Part shown: positions 1 through 10,109 of the stretch, piece after piece
Layout: every line of letters starts with the position of its first letter
Position numbering within the stretch: position 1 is the first letter of the stretch
DNA from: an uncultured Clostridia bacterium
GTDB taxonomy: Bacteria > Bacillota > Clostridia > TANB77 > CAG-508
Direction: 5' to 3'
Length of the DNA: 64,000 nucleotides
Assembly (NCBI GenBank): GCA_948630815.1
Contig: CAPIEU010000008.1
Span: 268-64,267 of the forward strand
The notes under the pieces: model-generated
Seen by the model: the letters and a program-made list of their open reading frames with translations, nothing else
Databases searched by the model: none
What the model was told of the DNA's origin: nothing
Made by a program: the position numbers and the translations under genes

Positions 1-61
1 TATTGAATTACTATGTAATTTTTTACTCTTAAACTTTATTTTAAGAATATGGAGGTGCTTC

Positions 62-190
62 ATGCCAAGACGTAACAAATCTAAAACTAAAGGAAAAGCA
101 GAAAAGTATCGTGACCGTCCATTTGCTGACTTAGAACGGGAATTGCGTTCTAAGCAATATGCGAAGAACAGGTTGAAAGGAGCTCCCTAG
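62..190 (+). CDS. hypothetical small basic protein (42 aa as written)
   Basis: ATG at 62 follows a GGAGGTG RBS. The ORF is below the ORF-track size cutoff and begins MPRRNKSKTKGKAEKYRDRPFADLE. It carries an in-frame CGG at 137-139, so the C-terminus is ambiguous: the zero frame stops at 190 and the +1 frame stops at 176. Confidence 0.3.
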   Translation: MPRRNKSKTKGKAEKYRDRPFADLERELRSKQYAKNRLKGAP

Positions 191-238
191 TGGGCTTCTT
201 TTTTATTATATTTTTCAGTTTAGTATACTTCTAGCTAT

Positions 239-406
239 ATAGCAACGAAAAGTATCTTTTCAATCTACATTTTATAAGCCTTGGTGTCGCACCCTCCAAT
301 TATAACATTTTATTTGTAGGGTGCTCCAAATCGCCCTCCGCTGTCGCTCCGGTTGGTCGCTTACGCGGCTTAAAAATGTAGATTGAAAAGATACTTTTGT
401 TGCTAT
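239..406. repeat. MITE-like palindromic element, family A, copy 1
   Basis: ~34-bp terminal inverted repeats (ATAGCAACGAAAAGTATCTTTTCAATCTACATTTT / AAAATGTAGATTGAAAAGATACTTTTGTTGCTAT) enclose GC-rich inner hairpins. A second copy lies at 30357..30525. Confidence 0.8.
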
Positions 407-476
407 CAAGCTAAAAACTATTATCTAGTAAGTTAAATGTTACAGTTCTGCCTAACGTTTTGTAACTAGCGTGAGT

Positions 477-568
477 GTAGTAATATATTTATTTTGCCAA
501 GTGTAGTACGCGGAGTCTAAAGAAACGTTGGCTAATGTCGAAACTTTTCAAAATAAATATATTACTTT
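477..568. repeat. inverted repeat (18-bp arms, ~52-nt loop) just downstream of dapF
   Basis: AGTAATATATTTATTTTG (479..496) is the reverse complement of CAAAATAAATATATTACT (549..566). Weaker outer arms lie around 433..447 and 598..612. Confidence 0.6.
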
Positions 569-610
569 CGTGGGAGCGGATTGCAAACGATATAGTCTAA
601 ACAGTAACAG

Positions 611-1444
611 TTAAATTTCTCCTTCAAATACTGTTTTTGCAGGTCCTGTCATATATACGTGATTATTTTCTTTGTTCCATAATATTTTTAAGTCTCCTCC
701 TAGTAGTTTTACAGTTACTTCATTTTCTGTATACCCATTTAATACTGTACTTACCGCTACTGCACAAGCTCCTGTTCCACAGGCTAAGGTTTCTCCTGAT
801 CCTCTTTCCCATACTCTCATTTTTATATGTTTTTTATCTAGTATTTCTATAAATTCTATGTTTGCTTTTTCTGGAAAATGCTCATCTACCTCTAATATCT
901 TACCATATTTTTCTACATCAAATTCTTTTACATTTTCTACTTTAGTAATTGCATGTGGGTTTCCCATAGATACACAAGTAAATTTAAAAATTTTATCTAG
1001 TGCTACTATTTCTAAATTTGTTACTGGATTTTCTTTTGATATAACAGGAATATTTTCTGGATTTAGAATTGGTTCTCCCATATCTACTTCTACTGTTTCT
1101 ACTTTACTATTAATTACATTTAATTTAAGTTGTTTAATTCCTGCTAATGTTTCAATTTTTACATTTTCTTTACTTGTTAATCTTTTGTCATATACAAATT
1201 TTCCAACACACCTAATACCATTTCCACACATCTCGGCCTCTGTTCCATCTGCATTAAACATTCTCATTTTAAAGTCTGCTATATCACTTTTGCAAATTAG
1301 AATTAATCCATCTCCTCCAATTCCAAAGTGCCTATTGCTAACAAATTGAGCTAGTGAAGCTATATTATCTGGCTCTCCACTTTTAGTACAGTCCATATAA
1401 ATATAATCATTCCCTAGCCCTTCCATTTTTGTAAATTTTATCAT
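611..1444 (-). CDS. dapF: diaminopimelate epimerase
   Basis: 277-aa ORF with N-terminus [16 protein letters not shown]. Both catalytic-Cys motifs are present (EMCGNGIRC and LACGTGACA), as expected for DapF. Confidence 0.9.
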   Translation of the reverse strand: MIKFTKMEGLGNDYIYMDCTKSGEPDNIASLAQFVSNRHFGIGGDGLILICKSDIADFKMRMFNADGTEAEMCGNGIRCVGKFVYDKRLTSKENVKIETLAGIKQLKLNVINSKVETVEVDMGEPILNPENIPVISKENPVTNLEIVALDKIFKFTCVSMGNPHAITKVENVKEFDVEKYGKILEVDEHFPEKANIEFIEILDKKHIKMRVWERGSGETLACGTGACAVAVSTVLNGYTENEVTVKLLGGDLKILWNKENNHVYMTGPAKTVFEGEI

Positions 1445-1540
1445 ATTATCACCACTCGATTTGGTAAAATTAAAAAGTAGAATATATTTATATTCTACTT
1501 TTATAATTTTATCATATGAATTTTCCTTTGTAAATATTAA

Positions 1541-4500
1541 TTATAATACATATTTTTTAATTAAGTATATTCCACCTGCAAATATAACTAATACTACTGT
1601 TGTTAATCCTATATACATTGGTGCTTCCCCTGTTTTTACTGATAGTATTACTGGTGCATCATCTATATCGTCTTCACCTGGTTTAAAGTTATCTGGAGTT
1701 GAGTCTATATCAGGTGTGTTACTATTGTTATGGTCTTTACTTATTTCTGCTATATTTACTTTCTTTCCTAAGTTATCAGCACTATTTATCCAAGTTAGTA
1801 ATATTTCTACTGTTGCACTTTCTCCTGGTCTTAGTAGTGTGTTTTCTAGTTTCTTTGTTGCTACTATTCCCTCTTGTACTACTTCCCAGTCTGGGTTGTC
1901 TTTTTCATCAAACATTAGTCCATCTGGTATATAATCTTTTATTTCTTTTACATACCCTTCTATTTGTCCTTCATTTGTTACTTTTATTTTGTATCTAAAT
2001 TTTACTGTTACTTTGTTTATTTTTTTATCTTTTAAGTCTACTTTTACTACTGGCTCTGGATTTTCATCTCCTGTATGTCCTGTATTTGTTACTGTTTGAT
2101 TGTTTCCTTCTATTACAATACTTTGTGTTACCCATTTTTTAAGCGCTAAATCGAAGTATTTAACTTTTACCTTTTCTATATCGATGTCGTCTTCTCCATC
2201 TTTATTATTTCCTGGTGTTGAATCTATATCTTCTACTGGATTGCCTTGTTTATCTGTGTCATTTGAAATCTCTGCTGTATTTATTAAGATTCTATCTGAT
2301 GTGTTTGGCTCTGTTACTTTGAAAGCTATTTTTACATCTTTATAGTCTGGATTTTTATCTGTAATTCCTAATCCACTATTGAATGCGTTTATTAAATTTG
2401 CTCCTGCTTCTTTTTCTTGCTCTTTAGATAGATAATCTGTTGTTATTTTTTCTGCTTTTGTTACGTCATTTGTTTCATTTCCTTCTTTATCTATCATTTT
2501 CCAACGGTATGTTTTATTTAGGTCATTCTCTGGCAGATATTCTAGTCCTTTTGGTAAATCGTCTGTTACTTCAGTAGCATATCCTGCTATTTTTCCTTCA
2601 TTGTACACCCTAATTGTATATGTTACTATGTTTCCATTTTCTACTTCTACTGGCTCTTTTGTATGTGTATATTTAATGTTTCCATCTTCTCCCATAGATA
2701 AAGCAGGGTATCTATTGTTAATATCTAAATTATCTACTTTTGTTATAAATTTTCTTAGTGCTAAATCGAAATATACTAGTTTTATATGTTCTACATCTAT
2801 ATCATCTTCTTCCATATTGTCGTTTCCTGGAATAGAATCTATATCTTCTATTGGATTTCCGTTTTCGTCTTGGTCATCTGATATTTGTGCTATATTTGTT
2901 AGTATTCTTATTGATGTACTTGGTTCTATTACTTTGAATGATATTTTTATGTCTTTGTAATCTGGATTTTCGTTTGTTATTCCTATTTGTTTATTATATG
3001 CTTTTATTAAGTTTGATTTTTCTTCTTTTTCTTGCTCTTTTGATAGATAGTCTGTTGTGACTTTTACTGCATTTTTTATATCATTTGTTTCGTTTCCGTC
3101 TTTATCTATCATTTTCCAACGGTAAGTTTTGTTTAAGTCGTTTTCTGGTAAATATTCTAATCCTTCTGGTAAATCGTCTGTAATTTCGCTTGCATATCCT
3201 GATATGTCTCCTTCATTGAAGATTCTTAATGTATATGTTACTATATTTCCATTTTGTACTTCTACTGGTTCTTTTGTATGGTTATATTTAATATTTCCAT
3301 TTTCACCCATTGTAGGTACTGGTATTCTTGATGTTATACTTTTATTGTCTACTGCTGTAATGAATTTTCTTAGAGCTAAATCAAATTCTTGTACTTTTAG
3401 TTTTTCAAAGTCATCGTCATCTTGTTGTCCTTGGATATATTTATCTCCTCTTGTTATTTCTTCATCTTTATAGTTTGGTAATAATTCATCTGTTGGTAAT
3501 TTTACATTATTTTTCTCAGAATCTCTATCTGTTATAGTTCTACCGTCTTTGTCTGTAAAAGCTGTTATTTCAGCTATATTTGTTATTTTACTTCCCGATA
3601 CTGCATTAGATTTTACTTTACATTTCACTGTTATGTCTTTATATTCAAGTGTTTTTCCATCAAATGCTTTTATTATATTATCTGTATCTACATCTTTTGA
3701 TAAGTGATTTGTTTTTATTGTTCTTAAACTTATATCATTCTCATCATATACCCATCCATTTTCTATATTTTCTTCATCTTCTGGTAAAAATTCTAACATG
3801 GCTGGTAAATGGTCTGTAATTTCACTTGCATATCCTGATATATCTCCTTCATTGAAGATTCTTAATGTATATGTTACTATATCCCCTACTTTTACTGATA
3901 TTGGTGCTTTTGGATGATTATATGTAGCTGTTGTGCTTTCCCCTGAAATTAGTTTTGTTAAATCTACTACTGGAACTCTTGATGTTGCAGGTGCTACACC
4001 ATTTATTTTTGTAATAAATTTTCTTAAAGATAAATCAAAGTATTTTTGTGGTAGTATAACCATTGCTTCATCACTATAATTATTATTTCTTTTTTCTACA
4101 AGTACAACAGGTTGTTCATTTAGATATGTATTTTGATCTGTTGTATAATATGTAGCTTCTGTTGTATTATAATTTCCTTTTATACTAAATGATACTTTTG
4201 TAATACTTGTAGTAATAGGTAGTGATATATAAAAATCTTGTCCTATTACATCTTTAATGTTTCCACTATTAACTACTTGTTTATTTGCATTTAATAATTT
4301 ATTTTCTCCTGTAAGAGATATTGGTGTACCATTTTGATCTTTAAATACAAGCTCTGTTATATTGTATTTTTTTGATGTATCAACACTAATGTTTAATGGT
4401 CCTACAATATACTCTTCTCCAATTTGTGTTTGTTTAAAGTTTGATTTATTTAATGTTATTGGTGATACTACTGTATTACTTGATTGATAGTTTGGATTAG

Positions 4501-5317
4501 CATTTTTTATTAAGTATTTATATAAATCTTCTGCTTGATATTGACGTGTTAAACCAAGTTCAGTATCTGCTACTGGGTCATTATATAAATCTTCAAGGCT
4601 TGCATACCCATTATCTTGTCCATTCCAATTATTAAAGTATATTGTTTGTAACTTAGGTTCTCCATTTTTATCAACATGATAGTTTGTATCATTTGGATTT
4701 GTATAATACCATATAGCTAATTGTTGTATTACTTCTATATCATCATCTGTTAATAGGCTTCCATCTTCGTATCCATTTGGACCTATTATTTCTGATGCTG
4801 TTAATAATGTTTCCTTATCTTTAGCAGCATTTGCTGATGATGGCAAATACATATTGTCAAGAATCCACATTATTTTATTGTATGTTTCTTGTGTTAGTAA
4901 AGTATCTCCTTTACTTGAATTTATCGCATTTAGTCTAGAAATTACTTCTGATTGCTGTGTTTTCATATTAAATCTTGTATTATATAATGGATGTTTTCCT
5001 GTTATATTTGGTGTTGCTTCATTTACAAATCCATGTTCAGCTTTTATACAATAAAATGCGTTTGTATAATTAGGTATAGTACTAGTTTCTGTTCCATACG
5101 ATACTATTTTCCATACTTTTTTAACAGGGTTTCCATCTGTTTTTAACCCTCCTATACCATAAGCTGCACCAGCTTTTCCATCTTTAGCTTCTCTTACATT
5201 TGTAATTCCTAAGTAATAACTTGATTCAGCAGCATTTGAATTTATACTTATTACTGAAGTTAGTATTACTAAAATTATACTTAAGATTAATATACCAATA
5301 ACTTTTCTTGTTTTCAT
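1541..5317 (-). CDS. large repeat-containing cell-surface protein with sortase-like C-terminal anchor
   Basis: 1258-aa ORF with a GGAAGG RBS and a signal peptide (MKTRKVIGILILSIILVILT). It contains five ~150-aa repeats, each starting FDL(A/S)L(R/K)KFIT and carrying NEG.I.GYA.E(I/V)TD.LP.GLE, a DUF11/Cna-B-like pattern. The C-terminus is SVKTGE followed by a hydrophobic helix and a KKY tail. Confidence 0.7.
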   Translation of the reverse strand: MKTRKVIGILILSIILVILTSVISINSNAAESSYYLGITNVREAKDGKAGAAYGIGGLKTDGNPVKKVWKIVSYGTETSTIPNYTNAFYCIKAEHGFVNEATPNITGKHPLYNTRFNMKTQQSEVISRLNAINSSKGDTLLTQETYNKIMWILDNMYLPSSANAAKDKETLLTASEIIGPNGYEDGSLLTDDDIEVIQQLAIWYYTNPNDTNYHVDKNGEPKLQTIYFNNWNGQDNGYASLEDLYNDPVADTELGLTRQYQAEDLYKYLIKNANPNYQSSNTVVSPITLNKSNFKQTQIGEEYIVGPLNISVDTSKKYNITELVFKDQNGTPISLTGENKLLNANKQVVNSGNIKDVIGQDFYISLPITTSITKVSFSIKGNYNTTEATYYTTDQNTYLNEQPVVLVEKRNNNYSDEAMVILPQKYFDLSLRKFITKINGVAPATSRVPVVDLTKLISGESTTATYNHPKAPISVKVGDIVTYTLRIFNEGDISGYASEITDHLPAMLEFLPEDEENIENGWVYDENDISLRTIKTNHLSKDVDTDNIIKAFDGKTLEYKDITVKCKVKSNAVSGSKITNIAEITAFTDKDGRTITDRDSEKNNVKLPTDELLPNYKDEEITRGDKYIQGQQDDDDFEKLKVQEFDLALRKFITAVDNKSITSRIPVPTMGENGNIKYNHTKEPVEVQNGNIVTYTLRIFNEGDISGYASEITDDLPEGLEYLPENDLNKTYRWKMIDKDGNETNDIKNAVKVTTDYLSKEQEKEEKSNLIKAYNKQIGITNENPDYKDIKISFKVIEPSTSIRILTNIAQISDDQDENGNPIEDIDSIPGNDNMEEDDIDVEHIKLVYFDLALRKFITKVDNLDINNRYPALSMGEDGNIKYTHTKEPVEVENGNIVTYTIRVYNEGKIAGYATEVTDDLPKGLEYLPENDLNKTYRWKMIDKEGNETNDVTKAEKITTDYLSKEQEKEAGANLINAFNSGLGITDKNPDYKDVKIAFKVTEPNTSDRILINTAEISNDTDKQGNPVEDIDSTPGNNKDGEDDIDIEKVKVKYFDLALKKWVTQSIVIEGNNQTVTNTGHTGDENPEPVVKVDLKDKKINKVTVKFRYKIKVTNEGQIEGYVKEIKDYIPDGLMFDEKDNPDWEVVQEGIVATKKLENTLLRPGESATVEILLTWINSADNLGKKVNIAEISKDHNNSNTPDIDSTPDNFKPGEDDIDDAPVILSVKTGEAPMYIGLTTVVLVIFAGGIYLIKKYVL

Positions 5318-5562
5318 GTTTCTACCTTCCTTTTAAATATAATATTACTATTTATATTCTACTTTCCTTGTTTTACAAAGTCAATAGCAGTTTTTCCCAA
5401 TTTTTGACTTACATTTTTTACATAAAAATTTGTCTTACGGAAGCCCATTTTTTTAGTTTCTATATAAAAATGACCATTGTTTTACAATTATATAACATTT
5501 TTGAAATATTTTCAACCAATTATGTTAAATATCTTAAAAAATCTTTCTATGCGTAAGAATTG

Positions 5563-5814
5563 TTAATGTTTAAGTCTTTAATATTATCACAATTTGCTCT
5601 TAAAAACCCCCAGTCGCTCTTACGAGCGACAGCCCCCTTAGGTAAAGGGGCCAAGTATATAAGAAATTTCTTCGAAGCATAACTTTTTAATACCTTGCCA
5701 ATTGCAAAAGTCTTGCCTCCCTTACTTAAGGGAGGTGGCAAGGCTTAGCCTTGACGGGGGGTTCTTAAAGCATTAATTTTATATAAAGATTTTTATTAAA
5801 GACTTAAACATTAA
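5563..5814. repeat. MITE-like composite palindrome, family B
   Basis: Perfect 21-bp terminal inverted repeats: TTAATGTTTAAGTCTTTAATA (5563..5583) and its reverse complement (5794..5814). Nested inner IRs (CTTAAAAACCCCC / GGGGGGTTCTTAAAG) and GC-rich hairpins lie inside. The ORF-track entry 5547..5741 is a translation artefact of this element. Confidence 0.75.
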
Positions 5815-5956
5815 GCAGAATTTAACATTTTTTTTATTCTATCTTGACTTATATATATTTTTTTGTTATTATATTACTACTGTATACAAAAGTAGCTCAT
5901 CTAGTAAAGCTTCGCCTTAATAAAATAAACATCAATCTTTGAAAATTTTATAAAAT

Positions 5957-6030
5957 GCAGGTATAGTTTAGTGGTAAAACGAGACCTTGCCAAGGTTTAG
6001 TCACGAGTCCGATTCTCGTTACCTGCTCCA
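5957..6030 (+). tRNA. tRNA-Gly (anticodon GCC), with atypical T-loop
   Basis: Folded by hand. Acceptor GCAGGTA/TACCTGC, D-arm GTTT-AGTGGTA-AAAC, anticodon arm AGACC-TTGCCAA-GGTTT, 4-nt variable loop, T-arm ACGAG-TCCGATT-CTCGT, discriminator T, encoded CCA. The T-loop reads TCCGA instead of the canonical TTCGA. Confidence 0.85.
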
Positions 6031-6206
6031 TATGTGCAATGTGCAAATATTGCACATCACAATGAATGTTAATAATGAATAATTTAGAATGAAAATATCT
6101 ATTTTTTAGTTAAGTGCTTTGAAATTATTTACGTATTACTAATTTTTAAATAAAAAAACTTTTATTTAGTACTATTTTTATAGTGCTGTCATATAATTAA
6201 TTATAT

Positions 6207-6281
6207 GGCGTTGTAGCCAAGTGGTAAGGCACGAGTCTGCAAAACTCTGATTCGGCGGTTCGAATCCGCCCAACGCCTCCA
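6207..6281 (+). tRNA. tRNA-Cys (anticodon GCA)
   Basis: Acceptor GGCGTTG/CAACGCC, anticodon loop CTGCAAA, canonical T-arm GGCGG-TTCGAAT-CCGCC, discriminator U73 typical of tRNA-Cys, encoded CCA. Confidence 0.9.
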
Positions 6282-6291
6282 AAGAAAAAAA

Positions 6292-6330
6292 CGAGAAAAT
6301 GTTGAAATATCAATGTTTTCTCGCTTTTTC
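6292..6330 (+). terminator. rho-independent terminator after the tRNA genes
   Basis: 13-bp stem GAGAAAATGTTGA / TCAATGTTTTCTC (two G-U pairs) followed by GCTTTTT. Confidence 0.7.
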
Positions 6331-6402
6331 TGTATTTTTATTTCAAAAATGAAAATGCAGTATTTTCAAGGTTTTCAGAGTTTAAAAAAGTAAAAAATTA
6401 GT

Positions 6403-6460
6403 TTAGATGTGACAAAAATGTTACAAAAAATCAATACTAATGTATAAAAATGTGACAAAA
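6403..6460 (+). promoter_or_regulatory. cluster of ATGTGACAAAA-type direct repeats upstream of the CYTH gene
   Basis: TTAGATGTGACAAAAATGTTACAAAAAA (6403..6430) plus ATGTGACAAAA (6450..6460). A near-identical 28-mer recurs at 7579..7606. Confidence 0.4.
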
Positions 6461-6498
6461 TTTTAGCTATAAAGTAGTATTATATTTAGGAGAATATT

Positions 6499-7098
6499 AT
6501 GGGAACAAAACATGAAAATGAGATAACAGTAAAAATTAAATGTGAGATAAATGAATTATGCACTATACTGGAGAAAAAAGGATTTAATGTTGTAGATAAA
6601 TTTACTATGAATGATATATTTATGATACCAAATTATATAAAAAAAGAAATAGATAATTTGACGAGTAGAGAAATTTTAAAAAAGGCAATTTTGATACGTG
6701 ATATAGATAATCAATTTAAAGGGCATAGAAATAGAAAGATTACTTTTAAAAAGAAGGAATTTAATCATAATGGCGATATATTAAGTCAAAAGGCTATTAA
6801 TTGTGATATTTTTAATGTAGATGAAGCAGTAAATTTGTTTGAAGCAATTGAATATTACAAAATAATGAATATTGTAGAAAATGATATTGTATATGGTAAG
6901 GATGATTTTGAAATTGCTATAAAGGATATAAAAAACGGAGATAATTTAATAGAAGTAGAAACAGTGACAAATAATAAGAAAATTGACACAATAGAAAAAA
7001 TTAAAAAACAAATTATTGACATAGACATTCCTATTGATGCCACAAATTTTTTCGTAAAAAAGGCAGAAACAGAATTAGATAAGCTAATGAATAGATAA
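6499..7098 (+). CDS. CYTH-domain protein (triphosphate tunnel metalloenzyme / class IV adenylate cyclase-like)
   Basis: 199-aa ORF with an AGGAG RBS. An N-terminal ExExK-type motif (ENEITVKIK) and the size fit the CYTH fold. Confidence 0.6.
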   Translation: MGTKHENEITVKIKCEINELCTILEKKGFNVVDKFTMNDIFMIPNYIKKEIDNLTSREILKKAILIRDIDNQFKGHRNRKITFKKKEFNHNGDILSQKAINCDIFNVDEAVNLFEAIEYYKIMNIVENDIVYGKDDFEIAIKDIKNGDNLIEVETVTNNKKIDTIEKIKKQIIDIDIPIDATNFFVKKAETELDKLMNR

Positions 7099-7210
7099 CT
7101 TTAAAAGTTTGTGATGTTCGCTTGAATAATGTAGAAAATTATTGTAATATAATAACAACCTTTCGCTGTCAAAGGTAGTTCTTACATAGGACGGAAAGGG
7201 GGCAATTACA

Positions 7211-7321
7211 ATGACACACCCTGAACTTATTCTAAAACTGATTGAACAGTTAATGGCAGAAAAAGAAAAGAACATCAAACTTCAAGCAGAATTAGAAGAA
7301 TACAAAAAAGGTAAAGACTAG
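7211..7321 (+). CDS. hypothetical 36-aa coiled-coil peptide
   Basis: ATG follows GGAAAGGGGG. Sequence is MTHPELILKLIEQLMAEKEKNIKLQAELEEYKKGKD. Its first 14 nt (ACACACCCTGAACT) recur at about 7427..7440. Confidence 0.25.
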   Translation: MTHPELILKLIEQLMAEKEKNIKLQAELEEYKKGKD

Positions 7322-7846
7322 ATGTGTCATACATAGTCGAGTGGGGAAATTTGTTACAGGATTTCCTCATTTTTTGAGAATAAAAAAAGTAGATGTAGTT
7401 ACAGATACATCTACAGCAAACAATATACACACCCTGAACTAAGGTACATTGCTTAATGTAAATATATAATAACATCTTTTTATTGATTTGTCAAATGTGA
7501 TTTTGAAAAAAATGAGAGTAAAAACATCTTAATATTTAATTATTTCAATAATTGGATAAATTATTAAAAATAAATTAATTTAGATGTGACAAAAATGTGA
7601 CAAAATAATTTCGCAAATGGATTACAATATACTATTTAAGCTAACTATAGAGATTAGTCTACCTGACTATCGCCTCCAAAAAATTAGCATTTTAAGCAAA
7701 TGGTACATAAGTATCACAAAGTATCATATATTAGCACAAAATACAAAAATACTCTCTTTGTAAGGGAGTTTTTTTTGTTTGCAAAATATAAACTATTATA
7801 GATTATCACAGTTTAGTATAAAATTTGCTGTATAATTGGTGTACAT

Positions 7847-8038
7847 TTATGTAAAAAAATTTTTTACTAATCCTCTTTTTATTTCATTCCTTACTGTTTT
7901 TTCCGTTCTATCTAAAAGCTCTGCTATTTCAACCTTTGTACGTTTATCTCTATTAAACCATCTTTCAATTGATTGTCTTTCACTATATTCTAAGTGTTTA
8001 CCTTTTTTACTTTTTGTGTTATTATTTTGTTGACACAT
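7847..8038 (-). pseudogene. IS30-family transposase N-terminal HTH fragment (remnant)
   Basis: The 63-aa ORF (...LEYSERQSIERWFNRDKRTKVEIAELLDRTEKTVRNEIKRG) matches the HTH leader of IS30-type transposases. No catalytic DDE part follows. Confidence 0.5.
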
Positions 8039-8203
8039 AATTAATACCTTCTTTCAATGTTTGATTCGACACCAACATTGTATCATAAGTTTTAATTATG
8101 TGTCTTTTTATTTATTCTAAACCGGTAATTTAATTTTACCATTTATAAATCATGAAAATTTAATAATATGACAAAAACATGACCAAAGCTATAAAAGCTT
8201 ATC

Positions 8204-8238
8204 AAAAAAGAATGCTAAAGTTTTAGCATTCTTTTTTA
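8204..8238 (-). terminator. hairpin terminator downstream of the acyl-CoA ligase pair
   Basis: AAGAATGCTAAA / TTTAGCATTCTT stem flanked by A- and T-runs, immediately after the stop at 8241. Confidence 0.65.
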
Positions 8239-8240
8239 GG

Positions 8241-10086
8241 TTATTTCTTATCTTTTGCAATTTCTGCAAATCTTTTTATTTTCATTGTTGTTGTTTTTTC
8301 AAATTCATCTTTTTTAATTTCTAAATTTTTTATTGCTTTATATGATGTTAGTTCTTTGTTTACTTTTTTTATCTCTTCCCATATTATTTTATGTATTTCT
8401 TCTTCTTTTAAAGTACTACCATATTTTTCTTCTATTTTTTCGTAGTTTGGTATTACTTTTACTGTTATTACTAATTCTTTAGAACCTTCTTGCTCTTTCC
8501 CATATACCATACATTCTTTTATTTCTTCTATGTTTCCTAACATTAATTCTATTTCTTCTGGATATATATTTTTTCCATTTTGTGTTACTATTACGTTTTT
8601 ACTTCTTCCTGTTATATATAAAAATCCATCTTCATCTAAATATCCTATATCTCCTGCATGAAACCATCTTTTGCCATCTATTATTTCTATAGCTTCATTT
8701 GTTGCTTTTTCATCTTCATAGTATCCTATCATTAATGTATCACTTTGAATTAATACTTCTCCTTCTCCATTTTCATTTGGGTTATCTATTTTTAGTTCCG
8801 CACATACTACTGCTTTTCCAGCTGAACCAACTCTTGGGTCAAATTCTGGTGTTAGAGCTGCTATTGGTGCTGTTTCTGTTAATCCATATCCTTGTAAGAA
8901 CGATATTCCTATGTCTTGTACCCATTTTCCAACTTTTGCATCTATTGGGGCTGCTGCTGATACTATTATTCTTATGTTTCCTCCTAAGTTGTCATATATT
9001 TCTTTAAATACTTTTCTTTTTATATCTACATTTACACCTTTTAGTGCATTTGTTATGTGTATCATTGATTTTACTAGCTTGTCTTTTTTGCTTTTTACTA
9101 TGTTTTCATTTATCTTTTTGTATAAATTTTCTACTAATAATGGTACTGCAAGCATTGCAGTTGGTTTTGTTTCTTTTAAGTTTGGTACTATATGTTTTAA
9201 TCCCTCACATACTGCAATAGATGCCCCTACCGACATAGGTAATAAAAATCCTATACTTGATTCATATGTATGATGTAATGGTAATACTGAGAAAAATCTA
9301 TCGGTATTATCTAAGTACACATATGCTGCAACTACATTTACATTTTGTGCAAGGTTTCTATTGTTTATCATAACTCCTTTTGCAGCAGATGTTGTTCCTG
9401 ATGTGAATATTAAAACTTTAAATTCCTCTGGATCAATACTCACTTCCATATAGCTTGTATCTCCAGATTCTACTATTCTTTTTCCTTGGTCTATTATGTA
9501 GTTTGCTCCTACATCTTTTCCTTCAATTACGTTATTTGAATTCATTTCTATAAAGTATTCTACTTCTGGTAGATTATCTTTTATTTTTTTGATTACTTCT
9601 TCTTTCTTTTTTGAATATATTATTGCACTCGCTTTTGCTCTTTTTACTACATTTTCTATTTCATTTGCTGGTAATTCTTTATCTACTGGTACTGCTATTG
9701 CTGTCCCACAAAGCAAGCTCATATATGATACGTACCAATGGTATGTATTTTCTCCTATTATTATTACTCTTTTATCTTTTAATCCTAGAATTTTATTTAA
9801 TCCTGTCCCAAATCCTATTACGTCTTCTCTAAATTGTTTATATGTAATCTCTGTATATGGTTCTTTATGTTCAAATTTCTCCAATATAAATGTTTCTTTT
9901 TCAAATTCTTTTGTTACTTTCTCAAATATTTCTTTTATTGTTTTATAGTTTTTTGCTTCGTATTTTATGTTTTTATTTTTATTTTTTCCGCTCTTCTATG
10001 TTTGCCTCATCAATTTCAGATATTCCTTCCATTTTTAGTTTTGGAAACTTGAAATTTGGTACTTTGAATTCTTTTAATATTCTCAT
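8241..10086 (-). CDS. long-chain acyl-CoA ligase (AMP-forming, COG1022-like), copy 1; needs a +1 shift at CGG 9990..9988
   Basis: The 547-aa ORF has AMP-binding motifs (TSGTTSAAKG, GYGLTE, GDIGYLDEDGFLYITGRSK). The N-terminal ~35 codons (MRILKEFKVPNFKFPKLKMEGISEIDEANIEE, AGGAG RBS, ATG at 10086) are in the -1-offset frame and end 3 codons after an in-frame CGG. Total length is 3n+1. Confidence 0.8.
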
Positions 10087-10109
10087 TGTTCTATCACTCC
10101 TGTTTTTTA

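Noticed and set aside
62-190. Counting the in-frame CGG at 137..139 of the 42-codon ORF as a sixteenth recoding site.
   Set aside because: Both the zero frame (…ERELRSKQYAKNRLKGAP) and the +1 frame (…EGNCVLSNMRRTG) give short plausible ends. There is no homology anchor, so the ORF itself is uncertain and the site is uninformative.
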